This document shows positions 20,391 through 29,218 of a stretch of 64,000 bases of DNA, piece after piece; positions within the stretch are counted from its first letter, which is position 1; each line of letters begins with the position of its first letter. This stretch comes from an uncultured Candidatus Saccharibacteria bacterium (GTDB lineage: Bacteria > Patescibacteriota > Minisyncoccia > Phycocordibacterales > G965230995). The stretch spans positions 400,213 to 464,212 of the forward strand of contig OZ246398.1 in the NCBI GenBank assembly GCA_965230995.1. Direction: 5' to 3'. The notes under the pieces are model-generated. The model made no database searches and had not been told where the DNA came from. It saw only the letters and a program-made list of their open reading frames with translations. The translations under genes were made by a program, and so were the position numbers.

Positions 20391-20766
20391 AACTTAGGCC
20401 TGTTCCATATAATCCCTTATGTTCAATCGTTTCTTTCGGGCTTCCGAGTTCTCGGTCGAGAATCTCTTTGCACGCCCGAAATTTTACGCCGTCATCGGGA
20501 CTGCCCATAAGGGCAACGAGCATTGAAGCGGCGGTCTCAACGCTCTTTTGCATGATCCATTGGGCTTGCAGTTTTCTATTTTCATTCTGTTCATCTCGGT
20601 ATTTTTCGTACTCATCCTTAAGCAATCCGCCAAAAGTGAACCATTTTTCGACAGTCGAGACCGGAGTTTGTATTTTTCTGGCAATAACAGGATAAGACTC
20701 GCCGTTATATCTAAGGCGAATCGCTTCTTGGTACTTTCCGGTTTTGATGTCGACTTTTTTGCTCAT
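20344..20766 (-). CDS. Terminase small subunit / HTH DNA-binding protein
   Basis: 140 aa with an HTH-like N-terminus. Overlaps the TerL start. Confidence 0.45.
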   Translation of the reverse strand: MSKKVDIKTGKYQEAIRLRYNGESYPVIARKIQTPVSTVEKWFTFGGLLKDEYEKYRDEQNENRKLQAQWIMQKSVETAASMLVALMGSPDDGVKFRACKEILDRELGSPKETIEHKGLYGTGLSYEQILRKARERPPDG

Positions 20767-21572
20767 TTTGTTGCGGTTTGTTGCGGAATGTTGCCGTTAA
20801 GTGTATTTATAAACTGGTTGCACACTTCGGCGATTGCCTCACTCTCGGTCATTTTTGATTGTTTTGACAGGATGTTTAATGCTTCATCTATCACGCCCTT
20901 TTGCGGATTCGTGACATTGAAACTTACAAGGGCAATGGTTTCTCTTTTGGTATTAATATCTTTGACTGCTTTTTCGACCTTTACGCCTTTTGCTTTCGCA
21001 AATGCAGTCACGGCTTTTATAAATTCATCGGCTGATGCTTCAGGGTCTTTGTCTACGATGAAATTCAAAACGACAGTATTTTCTCGCTCGGCTTTTTTGA
21101 GCTCAATCATTTTCTTTTCTATTTCATCTTTCACTAAGTCGAGAGCATCTTTGACATTGATATCTTCCTCGCCAAGATTCTGAGCAATGTCTTTGATTGA
21201 ATATCCGTTTTGGGTTAATTCGTAGGCGAGCTTGCCGAGTTTTAATTGTTGGTTTGATCCGTGAATGTTGTCGGTTAATCCATAAAGTTTGGCTTCGTCC
21301 TCATTCTTGAAATTGTGGATATTAGCTTCGATCTCGGTTTCGCCGAGTTCGCCAAGGACTTTCCAAGTATGGTAACCGCCAACGATCACATATCCGTCTT
21401 TAACTTTCATGTTCGGCCAGACGCCCACTTGTATCGGTTTGGTTTGTCCATACTTAGTTAAAGCTTTTTTCAGCGAAGTAAATTGGCGAGCGTTCATTTC
21501 GTTTGGATTCCACCAGTTCGGAACGCACTCTTTTATTTTCACTATTTTGATTTCTGTTTTTTCTTTTTTCAT
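20763..21572 (-). CDS. ParB-like nuclease (ParB N-terminal domain) protein
   Basis: ParB/Srx-like segment ...YVIVGGYHTWKVL... ParB-NTD is commonly paired with phage DNA MTases. The start overlaps the MTase stop. Confidence 0.55.
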   Translation of the reverse strand: MKKEKTEIKIVKIKECVPNWWNPNEMNARQFTSLKKALTKYGQTKPIQVGVWPNMKVKDGYVIVGGYHTWKVLGELGETEIEANIHNFKNEDEAKLYGLTDNIHGSNQQLKLGKLAYELTQNGYSIKDIAQNLGEEDINVKDALDLVKDEIEKKMIELKKAERENTVVLNFIVDKDPEASADEFIKAVTAFAKAKGVKVEKAVKDINTKRETIALVSFNVTNPQKGVIDEALNILSKQSKMTESEAIAEVCNQFINTLNGNIPQQTATK

Positions 21573-22588
21573 AAAGTTACGATCATGTATTCGATGTTAT
21601 TGCTTTGGTTTCGACCTCCGGCATTCGCCACACTCCATTTGTGATCAAGCATCTGCACTTCGGCTTTGCGGTGTTTCTGCACCATTGCCAAAAGTTTTTC
21701 CGGCTTCACTCCAATGTCCTCTTTGTTTTGTCCAAGTGAGATGACCCATTGAGGAATGTGTTTCGCCGACTCAAACATTTTTTCTAAAAATTCATCAGCA
21801 TCTTTGTTTGAGAAATCACTCGGTTTGTTATCCAGTTTTTTATTGGCGAGAATATTATCTAAAATCCCGTACTCGACTTCGTAGGCAGAAGAGCCAGGAT
21901 AAGGAGGATCAAAATAAACAACATCACCCTGAACAGTTTTAAGAAAATCAAAAACATCTTTTTGGTGTATTTCGTTGTCTTGATGGTTGTCAAAGATTCC
22001 ATGATTAATTTCATCTTTTAATTTTTCCAAAGTCATCATCGGATTTTGTATCATCCGCAAATTTTTCGGGGCGTGGGATTTGGACCGGAGAGGCCACTCC
22101 CATTTTCGAGCTTCCAAGTCCAGTGTGTCCCGGGTGTGAGTAAACTTTCCAAACTGTCGGCAAGATAGAATAAATTTGATTAATAAATGCAATAAAAGAT
22201 AGCGTTTAGTATCATTTTCCACCTTGTTGGCGGAGGCAAATGCATTATCTAAAAAGTCGGCAATCTTGGTGGTGAATACTTTCGGACAATAATTATTTTT
22301 TATAAAGCTGTCGTGTTTTGTTTCAAAAAATAGTCTGGCCAAATCCTCTGATTCAAGTTTGACAGAATTGTTGGCGATAATCGCTCGACCAATGATTACT
22401 GATCGGAAGGCGATGTCATTGCTTATAACTTTGTAGCCTTTTGCTTTTGCATAGAGACTTACTGATCCGCCTCCCAAGAATGCATCAATAAAAATTCCCT
22501 CGGTCTTTTTGATCGGCTTAAAAATGTGCTTGACCAATTTTCTTTTTCCGCCGAAGTAACTCGGCAATGCTTGAAATTTACTAAACAT
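21569..22588 (-). CDS. DNA methyltransferase, amino-MTase (N6-adenine or N4-cytosine)
   Basis: Motif I IDAFLGGGSV and motif IV VYFDPPYPGS (DPPY). Confidence 0.8.
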   Translation of the reverse strand: MFSKFQALPSYFGGKRKLVKHIFKPIKKTEGIFIDAFLGGGSVSLYAKAKGYKVISNDIAFRSVIIGRAIIANNSVKLESEDLARLFFETKHDSFIKNNYCPKVFTTKIADFLDNAFASANKVENDTKRYLLLHLLIKFILSCRQFGKFTHTRDTLDLEARKWEWPLRSKSHAPKNLRMIQNPMMTLEKLKDEINHGIFDNHQDNEIHQKDVFDFLKTVQGDVVYFDPPYPGSSAYEVEYGILDNILANKKLDNKPSDFSNKDADEFLEKMFESAKHIPQWVISLGQNKEDIGVKPEKLLAMVQKHRKAEVQMLDHKWSVANAGGRNQSNNIEYMIVTL

Positions 22589-23150
22589 AATTTTTTAATT
22601 CTCAAATCTCTGGCACGCCCACATCCCTTGTATATTTTTTATTACCCGAACCCTTGAGCTCGGGCAGTGTGAGGTCGATTAACAAGATTGGATGTCGACC
22701 GTTATTGGGCGTGGCAGAGAGCTGGCAACAATCAAACAAAAAAGAGCTCGCGATTGATTACCACAAAAAGTGATAATTAATCGCAAGCTCTTAAACTTGG
22801 AATTCCTTTCAGGATGCCTCGTGAGGCATAACTCTATTTGATTGTTAATTGCATTATACTACTTTTCAAAAAACAGCACAATAGTTTTTTCTGTGCATAA
22901 TTTATTTACTCTCGAACGGGGATCATTTTACATAAAGCCCGCCACCAAGAGTAGAAACCTTTCGGTCTCAACGCACGAGTTTCCCCATACGACCATCCAA
23001 GGATCCCTGATGACGGGTTCTATATCTTGGATGGATTTTTTGCCATGCCTACCGCAGTGCGATAAGTTTAGGCGATTAAATTGTCACTTATTATTTTAAT
23101 ATAAAATGGGTAAAAACACCAGACCGAATTTATTTCCAGAAATGAAGAAG

Positions 23151-23211
23151 GGGTTATCCGCATTGCTGTGGATAACCCCTTTGGAATTTTGTAGCGACCG
23201 CCTTCGGCGGA
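23151..23211 (-). promoter_or_regulatory. Two GC-rich hairpins just 3' of the VR: ggggttatcc-N10-ggataacccc and ccgcc-ttc-ggcgg. Candidate DGR homing-enhancing hairpin/cruciform and IMH region.
   Basis: Perfect 10-bp and 5-bp stems within 100 bp downstream of the VR stop codon. Confidence 0.45.
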
Positions 23212-23271
23212 AATTCAAGGATCAAATGACAAGGAGTCAAAAGACCCAAGAATTCAAGCACTCAAGGATCA

Positions 23272-24156
23272 CTACTGCGAGACAAGACCGGAAGCCGAAC
23301 CGTAGCCGTCGTTGGCACCGTCGACCCAGTGCGCGACGAACCTGACCTTGCCGTCGTAGAACCCGAAGCACGGAGACCCCGAGAAGCCGCCACCGGCACC
23401 CGGTGCGAACTCGTCCCCGGCACAGTCGATCCAGAGATCGTCATAGTGCTGGAGTCGTTCCGGATGCGTCAGGATCATGATCCCGATGGCGAAAGCCCCG
23501 AGACCGAACTCGCTGGCGCTCATGACTTCGCGTGCCCGGCGAACCGAACGGCCCCTGTGACGGAGACCGAACTGAGCCGAAACGACGAGAATGTCGTGAT
23601 CCTTCTGCTCGTCGCCGAGCTTCTGGAACGCCTTGGCCGACTTCTGCGACTGACGGAGATACTGCGGACCGAGCTGGCCTTCACGGTAATTGTAGAACGC
23701 ACCGTTTCGGGTCTGCTTGATCAGGTCGAGCACCTTCTGCACGGCTTCGCCGTATGTCGGGGCGATCTTCTCCCACCTCGGAATGGCGAACCATCCTTCG
23801 GCGTTCGGGGGAAGATCCTGCTCGGCCAGCTTCTCATCGGCGTAGCCAATCCCGGGGAACAACTCGTGCAACCGGTTGGTCTGCTCGGTGATTCCTTTGG
23901 GCTTGTAGCCGGAGAGGTAGCCGTAGTTGGATTCCGTTTCCTCGTCTGCGAACTGATTGCTCACAGAGAGTTCACGGACGGCCGTCACGATCCTTGCTTG
24001 GAATTCGTCGCCGTTTTCGATGAGCTTCTGAAGCCCGTCCTTGTCGAGACCCGTTTCTTTGAGCGCACGCTCGGCGGCGTCCTCGACGAACCTGAAGTAC
24101 TGCTTTTTCTGTCCTTCGGTGATGCTGGTGTTGGTGATCGATGTTTTCATCGTCAT
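23272..24156 (-). CDS. DGR target (variable) protein. The VR occupies the C-terminal ~44 codons. GC-rich gene.
   Basis: The 3' terminal 131 bp (23275-23405) is the reverse complement of TR 24632-24762, with only A-to-N differences. Confidence 0.8.
   Translation of the reverse strand: MTMKTSITNTSITEGQKKQYFRFVEDAAERALKETGLDKDGLQKLIENGDEFQARIVTAVRELSVSNQFADEETESNYGYLSGYKPKGITEQTNRLHELFPGIGYADEKLAEQDLPPNAEGWFAIPRWEKIAPTYGEAVQKVLDLIKQTRNGAFYNYREGQLGPQYLRQSQKSAKAFQKLGDEQKDHDILVVSAQFGLRHRGRSVRRAREVMSASEFGLGAFAIGIMILTHPERLQHYDDLWIDCAGDEFAPGAGGGFSGSPCFGFYDGKVRFVAHWVDGANDGYGSASGLVSQ
23275..23405 (-). repeat. DGR variable repeat (VR)
   Basis: Aligns to the TR across ~131 bp. About 19 mismatches, all at TR adenines. 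Confidence 0.85.
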
Positions 24157-24631
24157 CCTCCTTCTTTTTTGAATTCCCAGAGTCGCTCTGGTCAGCGTCT
24201 TGCCTCTTTGTGAGGCGAGCGTGCTGGATACAAAAACCGCTTATATCCAATACGCCAACCTCACAAAATCGCTATATTTAGCCTTTTTGAAAGAACATTT
24301 AACTTCATGTCAGTATAGCAAATATCAACGGTTTTGTCAAGCGTTTTAATGCTACCTGATTTTAGGGTATAATAGCACTGAGTATAGGCTAATGCACGGC
24401 CGTTTAAGGATTGCCGGCGCCGAACTCTCTCATCAAGAGATAAACAACCGGAGTCTTGGGGATCACGGTTTCCAAGAGTGTGTTGCATTGAGGAGATACT
24501 GCTTGCTTTTGTTCAGAACGGGTTCCTTTGCTGGATACCGTCGAATCAAATTCAGGATTGAGAGCATATAGTTCCGTTGCCAACGGGAAGTAAAGCTCGA
24601 GGTCTGGTGACAAGGACGAACAAAAGCAAAA

Positions 24632-24762
24632 TTCCGGATGCCGATGGCGACTTCTCGAAGTCTCCGTACTTCAAGTTCAACGACGGCAAGGTCAAGTTCG
24701 ACACGAACTGGGTCGACAATGCCAACGACAACTACGGTTCGGCTTCCGGTCTTGTCTCGAAG
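24632..24762 (+). repeat. DGR template repeat (TR)
   Basis: Adenine-rich (AAC/AAG codons) counterpart of the VR. Same strand as the RT gene, 410 bp upstream of the RT start. Confidence 0.85.
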
Positions 24763-24808
24763 TCACTCCTCTTTTTAAGAAAGGGTACCCTCACGGGTAC
24801 CCTTTCTC

Positions 24809-25159
24809 TTACTCGGCTTTCACCGAGCGAATCCATCCTCCCAGCATTCTTCCGATTTCATCGATTACGCTTTCAAGTATCATATATTTTTTAGCGTCTA
24901 TCGTTTTTGTGTCCTTCATTAGTCGAATGAAGACTCTTAGCATGTTGAGCTTGAGGCTGGCCTTTTCAAGTGTTGGCAATTTTTCTTTTTTCTGCTCTCC
25001 ACTTGCTTTCATTATACTTTCCAAAACATCTAAAATCGCACACTCGGACTTTTCAAAAACCGTGAAGCGATCTTGTTTGGGAACGAGTTTGCGATACTCA
25101 TTGAATGTTTTGTATAAGTCATAGCTTTTCTTAAAAATAGGAATATCAAAGTCATTCAT
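24809..25159 (-). CDS. avd: Avd, the accessory variability determinant (four-helix-bundle family)
   Basis: 116 aa and basic. The C-terminus ...IDEIGRMLGGWIRSVK resembles the Avd/S23-IVS family ending. Lies between the TR and the RT. Confidence 0.7.
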   Translation of the reverse strand: MNDFDIPIFKKSYDLYKTFNEYRKLVPKQDRFTVFEKSECAILDVLESIMKASGEQKKEKLPTLEKASLKLNMLRVFIRLMKDTKTIDAKKYMILESVIDEIGRMLGGWIRSVKAE

Positions 25160-25171
25160 AGTTTTAATTTT

Positions 25172-26221
25172 ATGAGAGTTTATACTAATTTATTCGAGAA
25201 AATAATTTCAATCCCTAATATTTTTACTTCGTGGGAAGAATTCAAAAGCGACAAACGCAAGAAGGCGGATGTCCAAGAATTTGAATTTAACCTTGAGCCG
25301 AATTTGTTTGCTCTTTACCGTGATTTAAAGGGCAAAAGATATGTTCATTCTCCATACTCTGGATTTTATATTTATGATCCAAAGGTCAGGCATGTCCATA
25401 AGGCTTCAGTGCGTGATCGTATTTTGCATCATGCTATTTTTCGCATTCTTAATCCGCTTTACGACAAGACTTTTATAGCGAATTCGTTCTCATGCCGAAT
25501 AAACAAAGGAACGCATAAAGGAGTATTGGCTGTTGAGCGAATGATTCGAAGCGAAAGTCGAAATTTTACCAGACCGTGTTTTGCCTTAAAGTGTGATGTC
25601 AGAAAATTTTTTGACAGCATTGACCATCGCACCTTACTAAGCATTCTCGGTAAAAAAATAACAGATCAAGACACTATGTGGCTTTTGAACAGGGTTGTGG
25701 AAAGTTACTCGGCCAGTCAGACTAATTTATTCGATAGGCAGGGTTTACCCATAGGCAATTTAACCTCGCAACTTTTCGCGAATGTTTACATGAATGAATT
25801 TGATCAATTCGTGAAGCATAAACTTAAGGTTGTCAATTATGCTCGATACACCGACGACTTCGTTATTGTCTCGACCGACAGAGCGTATCTTGAAAATATC
25901 CTAGATCCAATCAAGGAGTTTTTGGATAAAAATTTACAATTGTCGCTCCATCCCAATAAGGTATCGATCCGGGCGTGTCATCAGGGCGTTGACTTCTTGG
26001 GATATGTCGCTTTCCCGTACCACCGTCTTGTAAGAGCAAGAACAAAACGGAGAATATTCCGCAAGATGAAAGAACGCATCGCCATGTTCAGAAGCGGAAC
26101 AATCAGCGAGGATGCTCTTTCGCAATCTTTGCGATCATATTTGGGTGTTCTTTCCCATGCCAACGCCCACCAACTTTCAGAAGGCCTTAAGAATCAGTAT
26201 TGGTTTTGGTTGCACGATTAA
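25172..26221 (+). CDS. DGR reverse transcriptase
   Basis: RT domain with catalytic YTDD and the DGR-specific motif GLPIGNLTSQLFANVY ([I/L]GxxxSQ). Confidence 0.9.
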   Translation: MRVYTNLFEKIISIPNIFTSWEEFKSDKRKKADVQEFEFNLEPNLFALYRDLKGKRYVHSPYSGFYIYDPKVRHVHKASVRDRILHHAIFRILNPLYDKTFIANSFSCRINKGTHKGVLAVERMIRSESRNFTRPCFALKCDVRKFFDSIDHRTLLSILGKKITDQDTMWLLNRVVESYSASQTNLFDRQGLPIGNLTSQLFANVYMNEFDQFVKHKLKVVNYARYTDDFVIVSTDRAYLENILDPIKEFLDKNLQLSLHPNKVSIRACHQGVDFLGYVAFPYHRLVRARTKRRIFRKMKERIAMFRSGTISEDALSQSLRSYLGVLSHANAHQLSEGLKNQYWFWLHD

Positions 26222-26416
26222 AAAACCCCGCAAACCATCCTTTGCGTATACAAACGCAAAAAGTCCTTTGCGAGGCTCTCTTGGATGGTTTTGCGACCAT
26301 GCCCTGATTCGGGTTTAGGCCTTATTCGGTTGTTTGCCTATTTTAGCAGGAAAAATCAATAATTGGCAGAATGTCTGTAAATATTGGCAATACTTGCCCA
26401 CAGTAGCTGGACTTGC

Positions 26417-26545
26417 ATTTACCGCTGTAATCCGTTATAATCCACTATATGGTGTATAGCGTTAAATCAATACGGCTCGACATTGTTTTTACCGCTGTAA
26501 TCCGTTATAATTAACTGTATAAACTATAGCGTTAAAATTATTAAT
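26417..26545 (+). repeat. Two tandem ~70-bp direct repeats (tttaccgctgtaatccgttataat...tatagcgttaaa) upstream of fic. Possible duplicated promoter/operator.
   Basis: Visible duplication at 26417-26470 and 26487-26545. Each copy contains a tataat. Confidence 0.5.
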
Positions 26546-26552
26546 CAAATCT

Positions 26553-27623
26553 ATGTCTATGGACAACATTTTTAACAAATTTGATCATCGAATAAAAAAT
26601 CTTGACCCACACATTGTGGCTATTTTGGCTGAGATTGACGGAATTCGAGGCGAATTTAAATCTGGCTTGCGAATGACTCCCCAGGCAATTACTAATCTCA
26701 AAAAATCTACACTGATCACTTCAGCCGGTGCTTCTACTCGTATTGAGGGTGCAAAGCTTACCGACGAAGAGGTGGAGAAAGTCATGAGAGGTCTTGCTAT
26801 CTCAAAGTTTGCTGATCGTGATTCTCAAGAGGTTCAGGGATATTTGGAAACACTCCAAAATGTTTTTGATAGTTATCAGGATTTACCACTTAGGGAAAGT
26901 TTGATCACCTCACTCCACAATCAGCTTCTTAAGTATTCGCACAAAGACGACACTCATCGTGGCAGTTACAAAAAGAAAGAGAATACTGTCGGAGTACTTG
27001 GACCGGATGGAAACATTGCAAAGATAATGTTTGAAACCACGCCGGCTTTTCTAACCGGCAAAGAGATGCAGGAACTTGTCGAATGGACAAATGATGCTTT
27101 TGAGAAGAATCGTTTCCACAATCTTTTAATTATCGCAAACTTTGTTGTTGAATTTTTGAAGATCCACCCATTTGAAGATGGTAATGGTCGTCTTTCTCGT
27201 GTTCTCACGAATCTTTTACTTTTGCGATCAGGTTATCAGTTCGTTCAGTATGTCTCACACGAGCAATTAGTTGAACATAGAAAAGACGAATATTATATTG
27301 CACTCCGTAAATCTCAAGAAACATTCAAAACCGACCACGATACAATTTCGCCATGGCTTAATTTCTTTTTATCAGTTATTAGAGAACAAGCCGTGAAGGC
27401 ACTATCGTATCTGGAAGAAGAAAAGATTGAGGACACTCTCTCTCCCAAGCAATATGAGGTATGGAAATATCTCACAGGTGTTGAACAGGCAGGACCGGGT
27501 GAGATTGTGAAGGAAACGAACATAGCACTCGGAACGGTACGCCAAGCACTCGACCGGTTGGTTGAACTTGGTAAGGTCAAGCGTGTCGGGCGTGGCCGAG
27601 GTACGAGGTATGTAAAAATATAA
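26553..27623 (+). CDS. Fic/Doc family protein (AMPylation-type) with a C-terminal winged-helix domain
   Basis: Canonical Fic motif HPFEDGNGRLSRVL. Confidence 0.85.
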   Translation: MSMDNIFNKFDHRIKNLDPHIVAILAEIDGIRGEFKSGLRMTPQAITNLKKSTLITSAGASTRIEGAKLTDEEVEKVMRGLAISKFADRDSQEVQGYLETLQNVFDSYQDLPLRESLITSLHNQLLKYSHKDDTHRGSYKKKENTVGVLGPDGNIAKIMFETTPAFLTGKEMQELVEWTNDAFEKNRFHNLLIIANFVVEFLKIHPFEDGNGRLSRVLTNLLLLRSGYQFVQYVSHEQLVEHRKDEYYIALRKSQETFKTDHDTISPWLNFFLSVIREQAVKALSYLEEEKIEDTLSPKQYEVWKYLTGVEQAGPGEIVKETNIALGTVRQALDRLVELGKVKRVGRGRGTRYVKI

Positions 27624-27630
27624 ACTTTAA

Positions 27631-28158
27631 TTGGAAATCGCTATGAAAAAACAAGAAGATAAAAAAGAGGAAAATATACATCAGGAAGGTAAACGATATT
27701 TGAAGAAATTTGAAATCGTTGAGACTGATGTCGAACTACCTATTCAGGGTCAGGTTCGTGATCCTGAGGACTTATATAAATTTCTCAAAGACTTGGAAAA
27801 CGAAAATGTTTCCAAGATTATTGGAATTTATCTTGATGACAAAAACTTATTCCTCGGTCATCAAGTTTTCCTCGGATCATCTCCCAAGAATTTCGATACT
27901 CAAATGCTTTGGCATTACTTCTCTCTATTCTTGGCCAAGAAGTTTATTATACTCATGAACCACCCCGGCTCTATTGATCCGACTCCGGATGAAGCGGACC
28001 GAAAGCTTATACGGTCATTGCAAGCCGACTCTCAGGTTTTGTCATTCCATCCTAACTTCGAGGACTTTATTATCGTTTCAAAACGGTCATACTTTAGCGT
28101 GTCAACAAATGATGGCACTGCATGTCATTGTGGTCATCAGGAATACATTCCAGAATAA
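27631..28158 (+). CDS. RadC-like JAB-domain protein (DUF2466 family)
   Basis: JAB/RadC motif ...ILMNHPGSIDPTPDEADRKL..., in the form HNHPSG..PS..D. Confidence 0.6.
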   Translation: MEIAMKKQEDKKEENIHQEGKRYLKKFEIVETDVELPIQGQVRDPEDLYKFLKDLENENVSKIIGIYLDDKNLFLGHQVFLGSSPKNFDTQMLWHYFSLFLAKKFIILMNHPGSIDPTPDEADRKLIRSLQADSQVLSFHPNFEDFIIVSKRSYFSVSTNDGTACHCGHQEYIPE

Positions 28159-28230
28159 ATTTATATTTTACGAAAGCATAAAAACAAATTAATTGGTCAC
28201 GGACTAATTAAAAATTCATCATCAATCATT

Positions 28231-29217
28231 ATGCCAAAAAAGAAATTCGATATTAAAAAAGCAAAATTTATTGACTTATTCGCTGGAATAGGAGGCTTTA
28301 GATATGCACTTGAATCCCATGGGTTAGAATGTGTCTATACTTCCGAATGGGACAAGTATGCACAGATGACTTATGAGGCCAATTTTGGAGAAACACCAGA
28401 TGGAGATATAACAAAAGTCGATGAGAAAAAAATTCCAAAACACAATATTATCTGTGCGGGATTTCCATGTCAGGCTTTTAGCATATCCGGTAAACAGCGA
28501 GGTTTTGAAGACACAAGAGGAACGCTGTTTTTTGATGTAGCGAGGATTGCTAAATATCATAAACCGGAAATTTTGTTTTTAGAGAATGTTAAAAATTTTG
28601 CAAAACACAACGATGGACAAACATTAGAGGTAATAAAGAAAACTCTTGATGAACTCAACTATAATGTTTTTTACAAAGTTTTGAATGCGAGTCAATATGG
28701 TGCTCCGACATCAAGGGAGAGAGTCTATATTATTTGTTTTAGAAAGGATTTGGGTGTAGATGATTTTTCTTTTCCCTTACCGGTCAATAAACCAGTAAAG
28801 CTCAAGGATTATCTTGTGGATGACAAGGAGTCGGCTTCATATGTAATAAAAAGAGACGATATAAAAATTAGAGAAAAAAATATAACAGCCGATATCTTCG
28901 GAAATTATTCACAAGGACCGATACGAATTGGCACAATAAATAATGGTGGCCAGGGTGAACGAATTTATAGTGACCTTGGACACGCCATAACCTTTTCAGC
29001 TTATGGAGGCGGTGCTGGTAGTAGAACGGGAGCTTATCTTATAAATGGTAAGGTTAGAAAACTCACGCCCAAGGAATGTTCAAGAGTGATGGGGTTTCCG
29101 GAAAACTTTAAAATACCAGTGAATAAAACCCAGGCTTACAAGCAATTTGGCAATAGCGTGGTTGTGCCAGTCTTGAAGCAAATTATGAAACAGATAATTT
29201 TAACAATAGAAAAATAA
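28231..29217 (+). CDS. DNA (cytosine-5)-methyltransferase
   Basis: Motif I LFAGIGGF, motif IV GFPCQAFS, ENV motif, and QRGFEDTRGTLFFD. Confidence 0.9.
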   Translation: MPKKKFDIKKAKFIDLFAGIGGFRYALESHGLECVYTSEWDKYAQMTYEANFGETPDGDITKVDEKKIPKHNIICAGFPCQAFSISGKQRGFEDTRGTLFFDVARIAKYHKPEILFLENVKNFAKHNDGQTLEVIKKTLDELNYNVFYKVLNASQYGAPTSRERVYIICFRKDLGVDDFSFPLPVNKPVKLKDYLVDDKESASYVIKRDDIKIREKNITADIFGNYSQGPIRIGTINNGGQGERIYSDLGHAITFSAYGGGAGSRTGAYLINGKVRKLTPKECSRVMGFPENFKIPVNKTQAYKQFGNSVVVPVLKQIMKQIILTIEK

Positions 29218-29218
29218 T

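Noticed and set aside
23329-24213. 294-aa + strand ORF antisense to the DGR target gene, plus small ORFs at 23262-23444, 23520-23720 and 23972-24250
   Set aside because: These are artefacts of the high GC, which leaves few stop codons. The - strand reading frame carries the VR that matches the TR, ending exactly at its stop codon, so that frame is the real gene.
26417-26545. Possible CRISPR array (direct repeats)
   Set aside because: There are only two copies of a ~24-bp unit inside a larger duplicated 70-bp segment, with no regular spacer pattern and no cas genes. The Cas4-like nuclease at 33806 is in a Ppl-like context, not a CRISPR locus.
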